Shown: positions 1 through 9,552, counted from the first letter of the stretch. The stretch is 64,000 nt of DNA from Candidatus Zambryskiibacteriota bacterium (GCA_048499675.1 JASNZL010000002.1:40138-104137); one strand, 5' to 3'. Notes: a model not told the origin generated them from the sequence alone. Translations and numbers: made by a program.

Positions 1-1059
1 ACCAACCAAGATGATTGTTGCATTTGCATCACCCAAATATCTTTCCTCGTGACCAACAACCCTCCCCCCTTCTGACATTCCAGAACCAGCAATTATAATT
101 TTGGAACCTTTTACATTTTCAATTTGAGAAGACTCACTCACATCTCTAATAATCTTCAGATTTGGAAAATCAAAAATATCATCACCCGAATTTATCTCCT
201 CTTTAACCGATTCTTTAAATCTATCTTTGTATTTTTCGTATATAGCTGTAACTTTGGAAGCCAGCGGTGAATCAAGGAAGACGGGCACTTGTGCGATTTC
301 TCCATCTTCAACCATATTATTTATTTCATAAAGTAAAACTTGTGTCCTCTCAATAGAAAATGCCGGAATTACAATCGTTCCACCTTTCTCTATTCCCTCT
401 ATAAGGGCCTCTTTTAATTTCTCTCGTCTCTCTTTTTTTGTCTCATGATTTCTATCACCATAAACACTTTCCATTACCAAATAATCGGCCTTTACAGGGA
501 ATTCGTTGTCTGGAAGGAGTGGAGAAGGACTATTGCCCAAATCTCCCGTAAAAGCGACTGTTTTATCGCCACAAGTGACATTTATAATCGCCGAGCCCAA
601 TATGTGTCCAGCATTAATCATTTTTAAACTGCAATCTGGAAACAAATCTATTTTTTCATCATAATCAAATCCTTCCCACAGAGATAAAGATTTATCAATA
701 TCTTTCTCATCAAACATTTCCTTATCTTTATGACGCATCCTCATGACCTTCAAAGCATCATGAAGCATTGGATTCGCCAAATCTTTTGTTTCTTGTGTTG
801 AAATAATTTTGCCGTTAAACCCCTCTCTTACAAGTTTTGGAATTCTTCCTATATGGTCCATGTGCGCATGAGTAATGAGCAAAAAATCCACAGAACTCGG
901 ATCATACACAAAGTCCAAAAAGTTTTTCTCTTCCGCTTCTCTCCCTCCCTGAATCAAACCACAATCAACCAGAACTTTCCTATTATTAAAATTGAGCATA
1001 ATATTTGCTCCAGTTGTTGATCCAACTCCCCCGTAAAAATTTAAGCTCAATTTTTCCAT
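1..1059 (-). CDS. MBL-fold metallo-hydrolase, beta-CASP RNase family (3' end outside window)
   Basis: Manual translation from ATG at 1059: MEKLSLNFYGGVGSTTGAN...VLVDCG...LITHAHMDHIGRIP...GHILGS; runs off the window start. Confidence 0.9.
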   Translation of the reverse strand, partial: MEKLSLNFYGGVGSTTGANIMLNFNNRKVLVDCGLIQGGREAEEKNFLDFVYDPSSVDFLLITHAHMDHIGRIPKLVREGFNGKIISTQETKDLANPMLHDALKVMRMRHKDKEMFDEKDIDKSLSLWEGFDYDEKIDLFPDCSLKMINAGHILGSAIINVTCGDKTVAFTGDLGNSPSPLLPDNEFPVKADYLVMESVYGDRNHETKKERREKLKEALIEGIEKGGTIVIPAFSIERTQVLLYEINNMVEDGEIAQVPVFLDSPLASKVTAIYEKYKDRFKESVKEEINSGDDIFDFPNLKIIRDVSESSQIENVKGSKIIIAGSGMSEGGRVVGHEERYLGDANATIILVG

Positions 1060-1288
1060 ATTAATAATTTATATTATACCCGCCAATTGCTAATACTTAT
1101 ATAATTTTTAATTTAAAATTTTCAATTTCCAATAAATTTTCAATGATTCAATTTTCAATTTAAAATTTTTAAACAAGCTTATTCCTTTCCCATCTCCCAC
1201 TCGCTATGATTAGTGTGCATTAGCCCGCCTGCAACGCTTATGCGATAGCATTGCGGGCAGGTGGATTGGCGGGCTACTTTTAAACTTT

Positions 1289-1696
1289 CTAACTTTTTAC
1301 TTTCAACTCTTGTAGGTACCCATAAAAACACCCTGCTAATGCCCCAAAAAAGTCCATTATCAGGTCGACCATAGTATCAAACGCATAATCATCACCACCA
1401 TACCTTGCCTCTCCTATTATTAATTCATAAGCTTCCCATAGTACACCTATAAATAGTATAGAGACTAAAGAAACTTTTAGAAATTGCTTCAAATCTCTTT
1501 TTTGAGGTTTAAATAGTTCTGAATAGAAATATAACCAAATAAAAAATAATGAAACCAATATTCCACCCAAAAAATGAACAAGACTATCAAATTCAGAAAG
1601 GCTCCAGTACAAATTAAAATAAGTTGCAACCCAATTCAGAGCTCCAACTATAAAAAACATAATGAATGTCTCCCAAAAAAGGGTTTGTTTATGCAT
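1289..1696 (-). CDS. Small membrane protein (DUF2238/VanZ-like)
   Basis: Several TM helices; FDSLVHFLGG, LWEAYE and DTMVDLIMD motifs. Confidence 0.65.
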   Translation of the reverse strand: MHKQTLFWETFIMFFIVGALNWVATYFNLYWSLSEFDSLVHFLGGILVSLFFIWLYFYSELFKPQKRDLKQFLKVSLVSILFIGVLWEAYELIIGEARYGGDDYAFDTMVDLIMDFFGALAGCFYGYLQELKVKS

Positions 1697-1732
1697 TTAA
1701 ATTAACTTTAACATTTTTTTAAATTCTAACCA

Positions 1733-1764
1733 ATACAAAACCCCACAAATGCGGGGTTTTGTAT
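1733..1764. terminator. Intrinsic terminator-like hairpin
   Basis: ATACAAAACCCC-acaaatgc-GGGGTTTTGTAT. Confidence 0.6.
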
Positions 1765-1765
1765 G

Positions 1766-1906
1766 GGGTTACCCAGAAATATTCCCTAATTGAAAAATAT
1801 TAGGTGGGTGGCCTCGACTATAACAATCAGAACATAAAATGCTCATCATATTACAGAAAGTTAGCCTCCCTGAATATGAGCAATCTAGAAAATATCCGAG
1901 TAACCC
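1766..1906 (-). ncRNA. Candidate rod-shaped sRNA (6S RNA-like)
   Basis: Ends pair over about 25 bp (GGGTTACTCGGATATTTTCTAGATTG with CAATTAGGGAATATTTCTGGGTAACCC); extended -10 TGCTATACT at 1922-1914; terminator downstream. Confidence 0.4.
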
Positions 1907-2143
1907 TAAATGTAGTATAGCATAAAAAGCTAAGCGGTTGAAGGTTGAAGGTATCAGAAGGTAGATATCGTGTAGGATTTAGAATTTTTAATTTTCAATT
2001 TTGAATTTTCAATAAATTTTCAATGATTCAATTTTCAGTTCAAAATTTTATCGTTACTCGTACTTCGTAACTCATAACTCGTTGCCTCAATTCGTATCAT
2101 TCGAGTTCATTCACGTATTTGTGTCGTGTTAAAACTTTCTAAC

Positions 2144-2749
2144 CTACTCGAGTATTCCATCCAAATTAACATCATAAAGTATTTGTTCTTGGACTAAGCG
2201 ATAATCAATCAACTCTTCATCTTTAAACCAGTGTTTTATTTCTGCATTTGCTTCTTCAACAGATCCAGAACCATGAATAAGATTTCTAACAGCTCTACCG
2301 TCTGTATCAGCCATCATATAAGAATCCAAAACGAAATCGCCTCTAATTGTGCCGACATCAGATGTTCTTGGTTCTGTGCCTCCAGTTATTTTTCTTACCA
2401 CCTCCACAGCGTGTGCCCCTTCCCAAACCATTGGTATAACAGGACCACTTGTCATATAAGTAACAAGTGAATTTAGAACTTTTTCTCCAAGCTCCAATGG
2501 ATCGTTTGAGGGTGGTTTTATACCCTTTTTTTCATACGCAGAAATAGCTTTTTCTCCAACATTTTTCTTCCAGTTAGGATCAATTGTGTAATGTTTTTCT
2601 ACATGATCTTTTGTTGGTACCACTATTTTTAAACCAACAAGTTTTAATCCGACTCTTTCATATCTTTTTATAATCTCACCAACCAAAGTCCTCTGAACTC
2701 CATCTGGCTTAATAATTACAAGTGTTCTTTCCTTTTTTGCATGTCCCAT
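2144..2749 (-). CDS. ndk: Nucleoside-diphosphate kinase
   Basis: ERTLVIIKPDGVQR, GTIRGDF, NLIHGS motifs. Confidence 0.97.
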   Translation of the reverse strand: MGHAKKERTLVIIKPDGVQRTLVGEIIKRYERVGLKLVGLKIVVPTKDHVEKHYTIDPNWKKNVGEKAISAYEKKGIKPPSNDPLELGEKVLNSLVTYMTSGPVIPMVWEGAHAVEVVRKITGGTEPRTSDVGTIRGDFVLDSYMMADTDGRAVRNLIHGSGSVEEANAEIKHWFKDEELIDYRLVQEQILYDVNLDGILE

Positions 2750-2822
2750 TTTATTTGAAAATTGAATAATTGATAATTATTTAAAAATTTTAAATTAAAA
2801 ATTGAAAATTACAAAATCTGGC

Positions 2823-3596
2823 TTATTTCGTTAGTATCTCTATTCCAGATTTTGTTACAGCTACCGTATGCTCAAAATGCGCCGAGAGGGATTTATCACG
2901 TGTAATATAAGTATATCCATCAGAAAGTTTTTTAATATCCCTACTCCCCAAGCTAAACATTGGTTCAATTGCAATGACCATGCCGGGTCTAATTTCCGGA
3001 CCTTCACCTCTCTCTGCTTTGTTTGGTACAAAAGGATCTTCGTGAACTTCAAACCCCACTCCATGCCCAGAAAGACCTTCCACTATCCCTAAATTCCTCC
3101 TTATAGCAACTTCCATAATTGCATGCCCAATGTCCCCAATATGCCCTCCAACTCGCATCGCACTGATTCCTTTTTCTAACGCCTCTCTTGTAGCATTTAT
3201 CAAATCTCTGGCCCTGTCGTCAATTTTGCCAACAGGCACAGTAATCGCACCATCTGTAATAAGATTCTTGTGAGTTAAACCCAAATCAAGGGTTACAATA
3301 TCGCCTTCAAATAGAATTTTTCCATTGCCTTCGTTTGGAATTCCGTGGACTATTTCTTCGTTTATAGAAACACACAGAGATGCAGGGTAAGGTTTTTTTG
3401 CGTCATAAGGTTGATAACCAAAAAATGAAGCCGTGCAACCCGCCTCATCAATCAAATGTTCGGCATAATCATTTAACTCTTTAGTTTTAATCCCTGGCTT
3501 AACTTTTTTTGCGACCTCTTTCAAAATACGAGCATGTATCTTGCCCCCTTCCCTAAGTATCGCTATGTCTTCTTCTGTTTTGTACCTTATTGCCAT
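2823..3596 (-). CDS. map: Type I methionine aminopeptidase
   Basis: SINEEIVHGIP, GHGVG, IAIEPM, SAHFEHT. Confidence 0.97.
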   Translation of the reverse strand: MAIRYKTEEDIAILREGGKIHARILKEVAKKVKPGIKTKELNDYAEHLIDEAGCTASFFGYQPYDAKKPYPASLCVSINEEIVHGIPNEGNGKILFEGDIVTLDLGLTHKNLITDGAITVPVGKIDDRARDLINATREALEKGISAMRVGGHIGDIGHAIMEVAIRRNLGIVEGLSGHGVGFEVHEDPFVPNKAERGEGPEIRPGMVIAIEPMFSLGSRDIKKLSDGYTYITRDKSLSAHFEHTVAVTKSGIEILTK

Positions 3597-3600
3597 TATT

Positions 3601-4194
3601 TTATTCCAAACCCACTTTTTTCATAATTTGTTGATGAACCTCTTCTATTGAACCAGATCCATCAATAGTCAAGAATTCATAGTATGGATTATTTCTGAAA
3701 AAGTTAATTGCGGGCACAACATTTTCTTCATACCAGTTGAGTCTTTTTTCTATATCCAAATTGTTATCGTCTTCCCTTTTTCTACTAAGCAATCTTTCTG
3801 AAGCTAATTCTCTTGATAACTCAATTGAAACAACAAAAGGTTTTTCTCTTCTATAAAATTTCATTGCCGAATCCAAAACTGGTGCTTCATCAACCCTTCT
3901 AGACAGACCATCAAGAACCATATGTTCATTACCCGACGTGTGTCTAACCAAATATTCTGTCCAAATCCATATAGGCAAAAATTCTGGAATCAGTCCACCA
4001 CTTCCTATTATTTCTTTTACATATTGAGCAGTAAGAGAAGCTTCTGTAGAAAATTCTCTAAACTTTTGTCCTGTTTCTAAATAAAGCACCGGTTTTTGGG
4101 GGTCAATCTCTTTTAGTTTGTCAATTAAAAGTCTCGCTTGTGTCCCTTTACCGCATCCCGATGGCCCAAAAAATATAAATGTTTGTGGTGTCAT
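3601..4194 (-). CDS. adk: Adenylate kinase family NMP kinase
   Basis: GPSGCGKGTQA P-loop; between secY and map; start reassigned to ATG at 4194. Confidence 0.9.
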   Translation of the reverse strand: MTPQTFIFFGPSGCGKGTQARLLIDKLKEIDPQKPVLYLETGQKFREFSTEASLTAQYVKEIIGSGGLIPEFLPIWIWTEYLVRHTSGNEHMVLDGLSRRVDEAPVLDSAMKFYRREKPFVVSIELSRELASERLLSRKREDDNNLDIEKRLNWYEENVVPAINFFRNNPYYEFLTIDGSGSIEEVHQQIMKKVGLE

Positions 4195-4298
4195 ATTTAA
4201 AATTAACCTAATTATACTAATTAACCTAATTATACTAATTTTTTTAGTATTCACTAATTTCCTTATTTAGAAATTAGAGTAATTAGAATAATTTAAAT

Positions 4299-5570
4299 TT
4301 AGTATTCGCGAGCGGAAATTTGAGCGTCTACTTTTTTGACAAGATCAATCACAACAGAAACAACAATCAAAAGACCTGTTCCACCGATTGCAACCGCCCC
4401 TATACCAGTTAAAGATTGAACGACAAGCGGTAAAACTGCAATTACACCCAAGAACAAGGCTCCAACCATTGTTAATCTGAATAGAATTTTTCCTATGTAA
4501 GCAGATGTTGTGTTTCCCGGTCTTACCCCTGGGATAAAAGCTCCACTCCTTTGAAGATTTTTTGCTATTTGGTCTGGGTCAAAAGTAATCGCTGTATAGA
4601 AATATGTAAATAGAAATACGAGCAAGAAGTACATTATGGAGTAGAATGTTTGGTTAGACAGGATTTGTAATATAAACTCAGAAACTTTCTGTATTATTGT
4701 GTTGTTTACATTAGCCAAAAAACCAACAATCATTTGTGGGAACAACAAAATAGACATTGCAAAAATAATTGGAATAACTCCAGCTTGGTTAACTCTCAAA
4801 GGTAGGTAGGTTGAGACACCTCCATAAACTTTGTTTCCTCTAACTTGTTTTGCATATGTAACGGGTATTGGGCGTTCTGCTTCTGTGATAACCACAACTC
4901 CCCAAATAACCAAGAGTGACGCTACCAAAAATCCAACATAAACAGGCAATAGCGCTGTATCAAACGTAAAGACAAGTTGACTGATAGAACTTGGTAAGAC
5001 AGAAACTATACCAGCAAAAATTATAAGAGAAACTCCGTTCCCTATACCAAATTCAGATATAAGTTCACCAAGCCACATAAGCAAAAGAGAACCTCCAGCA
5101 ATAACAATAAGGTTTGTAGCCAAATCTAACGGCGCCAAATTGGTCAATATTCCTTGGTTTTGTAGAAGTTTCAAAAAGGCAAACCCTTGCACAAAAGCAA
5201 GCGGAACAGTAAGAAGTCTAGAATATTGTGTAAACTTCTTTCTACCAATATCACCCTCTTCTTGGTACATTGCTTTGAGTTTTGGAAACATTACAGTCAT
5301 AAGTTGCATTATGATTGAACCTGTAATATATGGACCAACACCAAGCATAACAATGGAAAGATTAGTTAAACCTCCTCCAGAGAAAATATTTAGAAGTCCT
5401 AGAAAATCATTACCAGAAATAAATTGTTCCAATCTTAATGTATCTATTCCCGGTATTGGAATAGTTGCAAGCAACCTAAATAGAGCCAAGATTAAAAGAG
5501 TAAATATTATCCTCCCTCTCAAAATTTTGTCTCCCAAAACCAATTTTAGTTTGTGAACAAAAGTATTCAT
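4299..5570 (-). CDS. secY: Preprotein translocase SecY
   Basis: LGVGPYITGSII, GIGNGVSLIIFAGI, FIPGVRPG. Confidence 0.99.
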   Translation of the reverse strand: MNTFVHKLKLVLGDKILRGRIIFTLLILALFRLLATIPIPGIDTLRLEQFISGNDFLGLLNIFSGGGLTNLSIVMLGVGPYITGSIIMQLMTVMFPKLKAMYQEEGDIGRKKFTQYSRLLTVPLAFVQGFAFLKLLQNQGILTNLAPLDLATNLIVIAGGSLLLMWLGELISEFGIGNGVSLIIFAGIVSVLPSSISQLVFTFDTALLPVYVGFLVASLLVIWGVVVITEAERPIPVTYAKQVRGNKVYGGVSTYLPLRVNQAGVIPIIFAMSILLFPQMIVGFLANVNNTIIQKVSEFILQILSNQTFYSIMYFLLVFLFTYFYTAITFDPDQIAKNLQRSGAFIPGVRPGNTTSAYIGKILFRLTMVGALFLGVIAVLPLVVQSLTGIGAVAIGGTGLLIVVSVVIDLVKKVDAQISAREY

Positions 5571-5580
5571 TATTTATTTA

Positions 5581-6039
5581 TTATCTTTTTTTGTCAGATA
5601 AAACAACTTTACCACCAGCTTTTTCTATCAACGTTTTAGCCTTCTCTGATATTTTAACATTTTCAAAATTAAGCGCCTTGGTTATTTCTCCAGAAGCAAC
5701 TATTTTTACATTTGGATATTTATTGCTTGTCTTCTTTATAAGACCTTTTTGTTCCAATGTAATTCTGTTTACAAGCTCACCTGCAGAGAAAATGGAGTTT
5801 ACTTCTGACATTTTTACAACCACATTTTCATCAAATCTTGATTTGAGGAAATTCTTTCCTCTTCCTCTAAGTTTTGGCAATCTTTTGATTATATCTCTCC
5901 ATTCTGGTCTTTTCTTTCTACCAGCTCTCGCATTCTGTCCTTTTGTACCTTTACCGGAAGTTTTGCCACGAGTTCCACCACGACCAACTTGCTTGGCTTT
6001 TCTGTTTGATTTATTCCTTTTTAGATTATGAGTTTGCAT
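5581..6039 (-). CDS. rplO: 50S ribosomal protein L15
   Basis: VGRGGTRGKTSGKGTKGQNARAG; spc position. Confidence 0.97.
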   Translation of the reverse strand: MQTHNLKRNKSNRKAKQVGRGGTRGKTSGKGTKGQNARAGRKKRPEWRDIIKRLPKLRGRGKNFLKSRFDENVVVKMSEVNSIFSAGELVNRITLEQKGLIKKTSNKYPNVKIVASGEITKALNFENVKISEKAKTLIEKAGGKVVLSDKKR

Positions 6040-6073
6040 AAATAAGTTTGAAAGTTATAAAGTTTAAAAGTTT

Positions 6074-6736
6074 TTAAAGTTCTTGCTTGTTAACTTGCGC
6101 CTTTTGACTTTTTAACTCTCCTAAAGCTTTTACTGTTGCTCTTGCAATATTAAGTTTGTTTTTTGATCTAGAAAGTAATTTCGACGCAATCTCTGTCACT
6201 CCAGCAAGTTCCAAAACAACACGCACAGCACTTCCTGCAATAACTCCCTTACCTGGAGCGGGCATCATCATAACTCTTATGCTTCCGTATTTTGCTTCAA
6301 CTGGATGAGAGATAGATTTTTTGTTATTAAGAGCAACCTTAATCATATTTTTCTTTGCGTCTCTTGTTGCTTTATCTACCGCAAGAGGAGTATCGCTTGA
6401 TTTGCCGACACCAACACCAACTCTGCCTTTTCTGTCTCCAATAACAATAGATACGCTGAAACTAAATCTTCTTCCTCCAGCAACAACTCTTGTAACTCTT
6501 CTAACACTGATTATTTTACTATCAAATTCTTGCCTAGCTCTTTCTGGTCTTCTTGATGGTCTCCTTTCGTTTTTTCTTCTATCAAATCTATTCTTCCTTT
6601 CTTCTGGGGGGATATTTGCCTCTACCGCATCGGCCTCTCTGTCTGTAGCAGAAACATCCGCAGTATCTAATACTGCATCAGGAGTTTCCAATACTTCTTC
6701 GCTCGTTATTATTTTATCTTCTTCTTTTGTTGACAT
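6074..6736 (-). CDS. rpsE: 30S ribosomal protein S5 with acidic N-terminal extension
   Basis: RVTRVVAGGRRFSFS, PAPGKGVIAG. Confidence 0.98.
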   Translation of the reverse strand: MSTKEEDKIITSEEVLETPDAVLDTADVSATDREADAVEANIPPEERKNRFDRRKNERRPSRRPERARQEFDSKIISVRRVTRVVAGGRRFSFSVSIVIGDRKGRVGVGVGKSSDTPLAVDKATRDAKKNMIKVALNNKKSISHPVEAKYGSIRVMMMPAPGKGVIAGSAVRVVLELAGVTEIASKLLSRSKNKLNIARATVKALGELKSQKAQVNKQEL

Positions 6737-6746
6737 AACTTAAAAA

Positions 6747-7094
6747 TTAAAATTGTAGTCCGGCTTCCCTTGCCCCATCTGCCAATGCAGAAACAGAACC
6801 TGTATATATGTAACCTCCTCTATCAAAAACTGCTTTTGTTATTTTCTTTGCTTTTGCCTGTTCTCCAATTGAAGACCCTACAGCTTTTGCTCTTTCTGCT
6901 ACAGTCTTACCCTTTAGACCTTTACTTGTTGCAGAAGCAAGAGTCAATCCCTTTTCATCATCTATAAGCTGAGCACTTATGTATTTGTTGGATCTAAAAA
7001 CAGAAAGTCTTGGTTTCAATGCTGTACCAAAAATCTTAGCTCTGATTCGCTTTCTTCTTCTTTCTCTCTGAATTTTTTTTATTTTTGTATCCAT
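6747..7094 (-). CDS. rplR: 50S ribosomal protein L18
   Basis: [26 protein letters not shown]. Confidence 0.98.
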   Translation of the reverse strand: MDTKIKKIQRERRRKRIRAKIFGTALKPRLSVFRSNKYISAQLIDDEKGLTLASATSKGLKGKTVAERAKAVGSSIGEQAKAKKITKAVFDRGGYIYTGSVSALADGAREAGLQF

Positions 7095-7201
7095 GTCTTT
7101 ATAATTTTCAATTTAAAATTTTCAATTTTCAATTCTTATATTCGTTTCTATTTGTGGATTGGTGGGTAATTTTTAATCTTGATTTTTAAATTTTACATTT
7201 T

Positions 7202-7735
7202 CTATGCTGTCTTCTTACCTTGTTTTCTTCTTATTACCTCTCCTTCGTATCTAAATCCTTTACCTTTGTATGGTTCTGGTTTTTTGAGAGCTCTAACCTT
7301 TGCTGTAAAACTACCTACCGACTCTTTGTCTATTCCTGATACTGTAATCAAATTTTTCTCTGCCTTAACTTCCAAGTCTTTTGGTATAGCAACTTCTACT
7401 GGATGGGAAAATCCTAGCGCTAGCACCAACTTATCACCTGTAACCTGTGATTTAAATCCAACCCCTTCAAGTATCAATTTCTTTTCAAAACCATTATTCA
7501 CTCCCTGAATCATATTTTTTATATGCGAAGCATATGTTCCCCAAAGAGCCTTTGTTTGCTTGTTCATTTTAGGAACCGAAAGAGAAATGTTTTTACCATT
7601 TACAACAATAGCAATATCAGAATTAAAAGTTCTTTGAAGTGTACCTTTTGGTCCTTTGACCGAAAATACGCCAGAATCAAAAGATATTTCTGTCTTTTCG
7701 TTTGCTACTATTTCTTTTTTTCCTATTCTACTCAT
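7202..7735 (-). CDS. rplF: 50S ribosomal protein L6
   Basis: MSRIGKK start at 7735; PEPYKGKG. Confidence 0.98.
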   Translation of the reverse strand: MSRIGKKEIVANEKTEISFDSGVFSVKGPKGTLQRTFNSDIAIVVNGKNISLSVPKMNKQTKALWGTYASHIKNMIQGVNNGFEKKLILEGVGFKSQVTGDKLVLALGFSHPVEVAIPKDLEVKAEKNLITVSGIDKESVGSFTAKVRALKKPEPYKGKGFRYEGEVIRRKQGKKTA

Positions 7736-7858
7736 TTTTGTAAACAAATTTTCAATTTAGAATTTTCAGTTTTCATTAAATTTTCAATGCTTCAATGTTT
7801 GAAAATTAAAAATTTTGATATTTATTATAAATTTTAAATTGATAATTGAAAATTATTA

Positions 7859-8251
7859 CTACCATATATTAAACAAATGTTCTCCCCCTAAATTTTGTTT
7901 CTTTGCATCAAAATCTGACATTATGCCTTTTGGTGTTGAAAATACTGACATTCCATAACCTTTTCTAAATTTAACTATATTCTTAGACTTCTTGTATAGT
8001 CTTCTCGAAGGTTTTGAAACTCTTTTTACATCAGAAATAACTGGTCTTGATTCTCCGTCATAAAGTAATTCAACGGTCAAATATTTTGCATTGCCTTTGT
8101 TTTTCTTGGATACTTTACCCAAATAACCTTTAACAGAAAGAAGCTCAGCTATAGAAAACTTAAGCTTTGAAAAAGGTAGAGAAATTTCATTTTTCCCCAC
8201 TTTGCCAGCATTCTTTATTCTTATTATAAAATCTCCTATTGGATCGTTCAT
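7859..8251 (-). CDS. rpsH: 30S ribosomal protein S8
   Basis: DPIGDFIIRIKNA, RVSKPSRR, STPKGIM. Confidence 0.98.
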   Translation of the reverse strand: MNDPIGDFIIRIKNAGKVGKNEISLPFSKLKFSIAELLSVKGYLGKVSKKNKGNAKYLTVELLYDGESRPVISDVKRVSKPSRRLYKKSKNIVKFRKGYGMSVFSTPKGIMSDFDAKKQNLGGEHLFNIW

Positions 8252-8362
8252 TCTGCTATGGACGAGAAATTATACAATTTAATGTATTTTTCTCATCTGG
8301 TATTACTTTAATAATTCTTTTTTATTTCGTTATAATTCGTTAACCAATTCGTTATTTCTTAT

Positions 8363-8548
8363 TTACCAAGATGATTTCTTAACTCCGGGTATTCTGCCTT
8401 CATTTGCAAGCTCTCTAAAACATATTCTACATAGCCCGAAATCACCCATATAAGCTTTGCCTCGACCACACTTGAAACATCGTCTAACTATCCGAGTGCT
8501 AAACTTCGGTTTCTTTTGTGATCTTGCTATAACTGATTTCTTTGCCAT
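8363..8548 (-). CDS. rpsN: 30S ribosomal protein S14, zinc-binding type Z
   Basis: RCFKCGR...LCRICFRE...IPGVKKSSW, 61 aa. Confidence 0.98.
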   Translation of the reverse strand: MAKKSVIARSQKKPKFSTRIVRRCFKCGRGKAYMGDFGLCRICFRELANEGRIPGVKKSSW

Positions 8549-8619
8549 TCTTTAATATATTTATAAAAAGCTCCAAAATAGAGCTACTCCAAGGTATCAA
8601 ATATAATAAAATAAGTCAA

Positions 8620-8687
8620 CCCAGTAGTGAATTTTGGCATTGGACTCCATCCGCGCATTGTATGCGATGCCAAAATCTACTACTGGG
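8620..8687. repeat. GTAG-type REP-like hairpin, copy 1 of 3
   Basis: GTAGTGAATTTTGGCA...TGCCAAAATCTACTAC; same arms at 36180-36251 and 55480-55545. Confidence 0.85.
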
Positions 8688-8692
8688 TCAAT

Positions 8693-8850
8693 CCCCGCTC
8701 ACCAATTTTGGTATTATTGCGAGACAATCTTTTTCTTTGTTTTTAGTGTTCGGTTTTGATGACAAATTTAATAGCGAGTAAGTTATTGATGTTGCAATAT
8801 ATAAAATACCAAAATTTGTGGCATGGGTATACCCACTCACTAATCTTTGC
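8693..8850. repeat. MITE/REPIN-like element with terminal inverted repeats
   Basis: CCCGCTCACCAATTTTGGTAT...ATACCAAAATTTGTGGCATGGG; reverse-complement homolog of the unit at 55203-55335. Confidence 0.75.
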
Positions 8851-9036
8851 TTATAAATTAGATTATATCTTTTTTATATGATAATCTTTTTAGTACGGAG
8901 AGTTAACTCCGTGGATGAAAAGCAAACTTCTTTGCTTTTCATCCGGTCTGCGAACGGAAGTGAGCAGAATTGCCGTTGCGAGCTTTGCGAGCAGGCAATA
9001 GGTGGACGAAAGGGACTTTCGACCACTGCCATAAAC

Positions 9037-9124
9037 GGAGAGTTGGCTGAGTGGTCGAAAGCGCCTCACTGCTAACGAGGTGAGCCCTTTAAAGGCTCCG
9101 AGGGTTCGAATCCCTCACTCTCCG
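9037..9124 (+). tRNA. tRNA-Ser(GCT)
   Basis: GGAGAGT/ACTCTCC acceptor stem, CT-GCT-AA loop, long variable arm, GGTTCGAATCC. Confidence 0.97.
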
Positions 9125-9299
9125 CTTGAGCTTCGCGAAAGCGGAGAGTGAGGTCTAGCTTTTGTGCAACAAAAGCGTAAGACGGATTCGAAGCCCGATT
9201 GAGATTTTTTAGGAGGACAACGAACTAAAAAATCCAATTGGGGTACTGAAGCTGTAAGCTTCGAATCCCTCACTCTCCGCTTGAGCTTCGCGAAAGCGG
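9105..9299 (+). repeat. tRNA-3'-end element: 40-bp direct repeat (9105-9144, 9260-9299) enclosing an antisense tRNA copy and hairpins
   Basis: TTCGAATCCCTCACTCTCCGCTTGAGCTTCGCGAAAGCGG occurs twice, 155 bp apart. Confidence 0.9.
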
Positions 9300-9364
9300 T
9301 GTGTATTGGACGAAGTTCGAATGTATTTCGGACAAAATCCGCAGGATTTTGACGAATGACACTT

Positions 9365-9495
9365 GCGCCTCGCGCTCCCTTCGGTCGCGAACCAAAACCA
9401 AAAATTTCCTTACCAATCCTTTTTCGGCGGGGGGTGTGGGGGGAGCCGGCAAAAAATGGAAAGGAAAATTTTTGGTTTTGGTTCCGACGCTTCAT
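9365..9495. repeat. Left arm of ~130-bp imperfect inverted repeat (partner 14658-14786)
   Basis: Reverse complement matches, e.g. CGGCTCCCCCCACACCCCC and GGTAAGGAAATTTTTGGTTTTGGTTCGCGACCG. Confidence 0.9.
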
Positions 9496-9552
9496 AAATA
9501 CAGTATATGGCAATTTGGAATAATACACAATGGAATATTATTATATAAATAT

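Noticed and set aside
1769-1849. 26-aa minus-strand ORF (MMSILCSDCYSRGHPP...)
   Set aside because: Poor SD spacing and it lies within the paired rod; an ncRNA reading is preferred, though not proven.
9115-9528. 137-aa minus ORF and similar ORFs at 14658-15073
   Set aside because: Their mutual similarity comes from the DNA repeats and antisense tRNA; no protein features.
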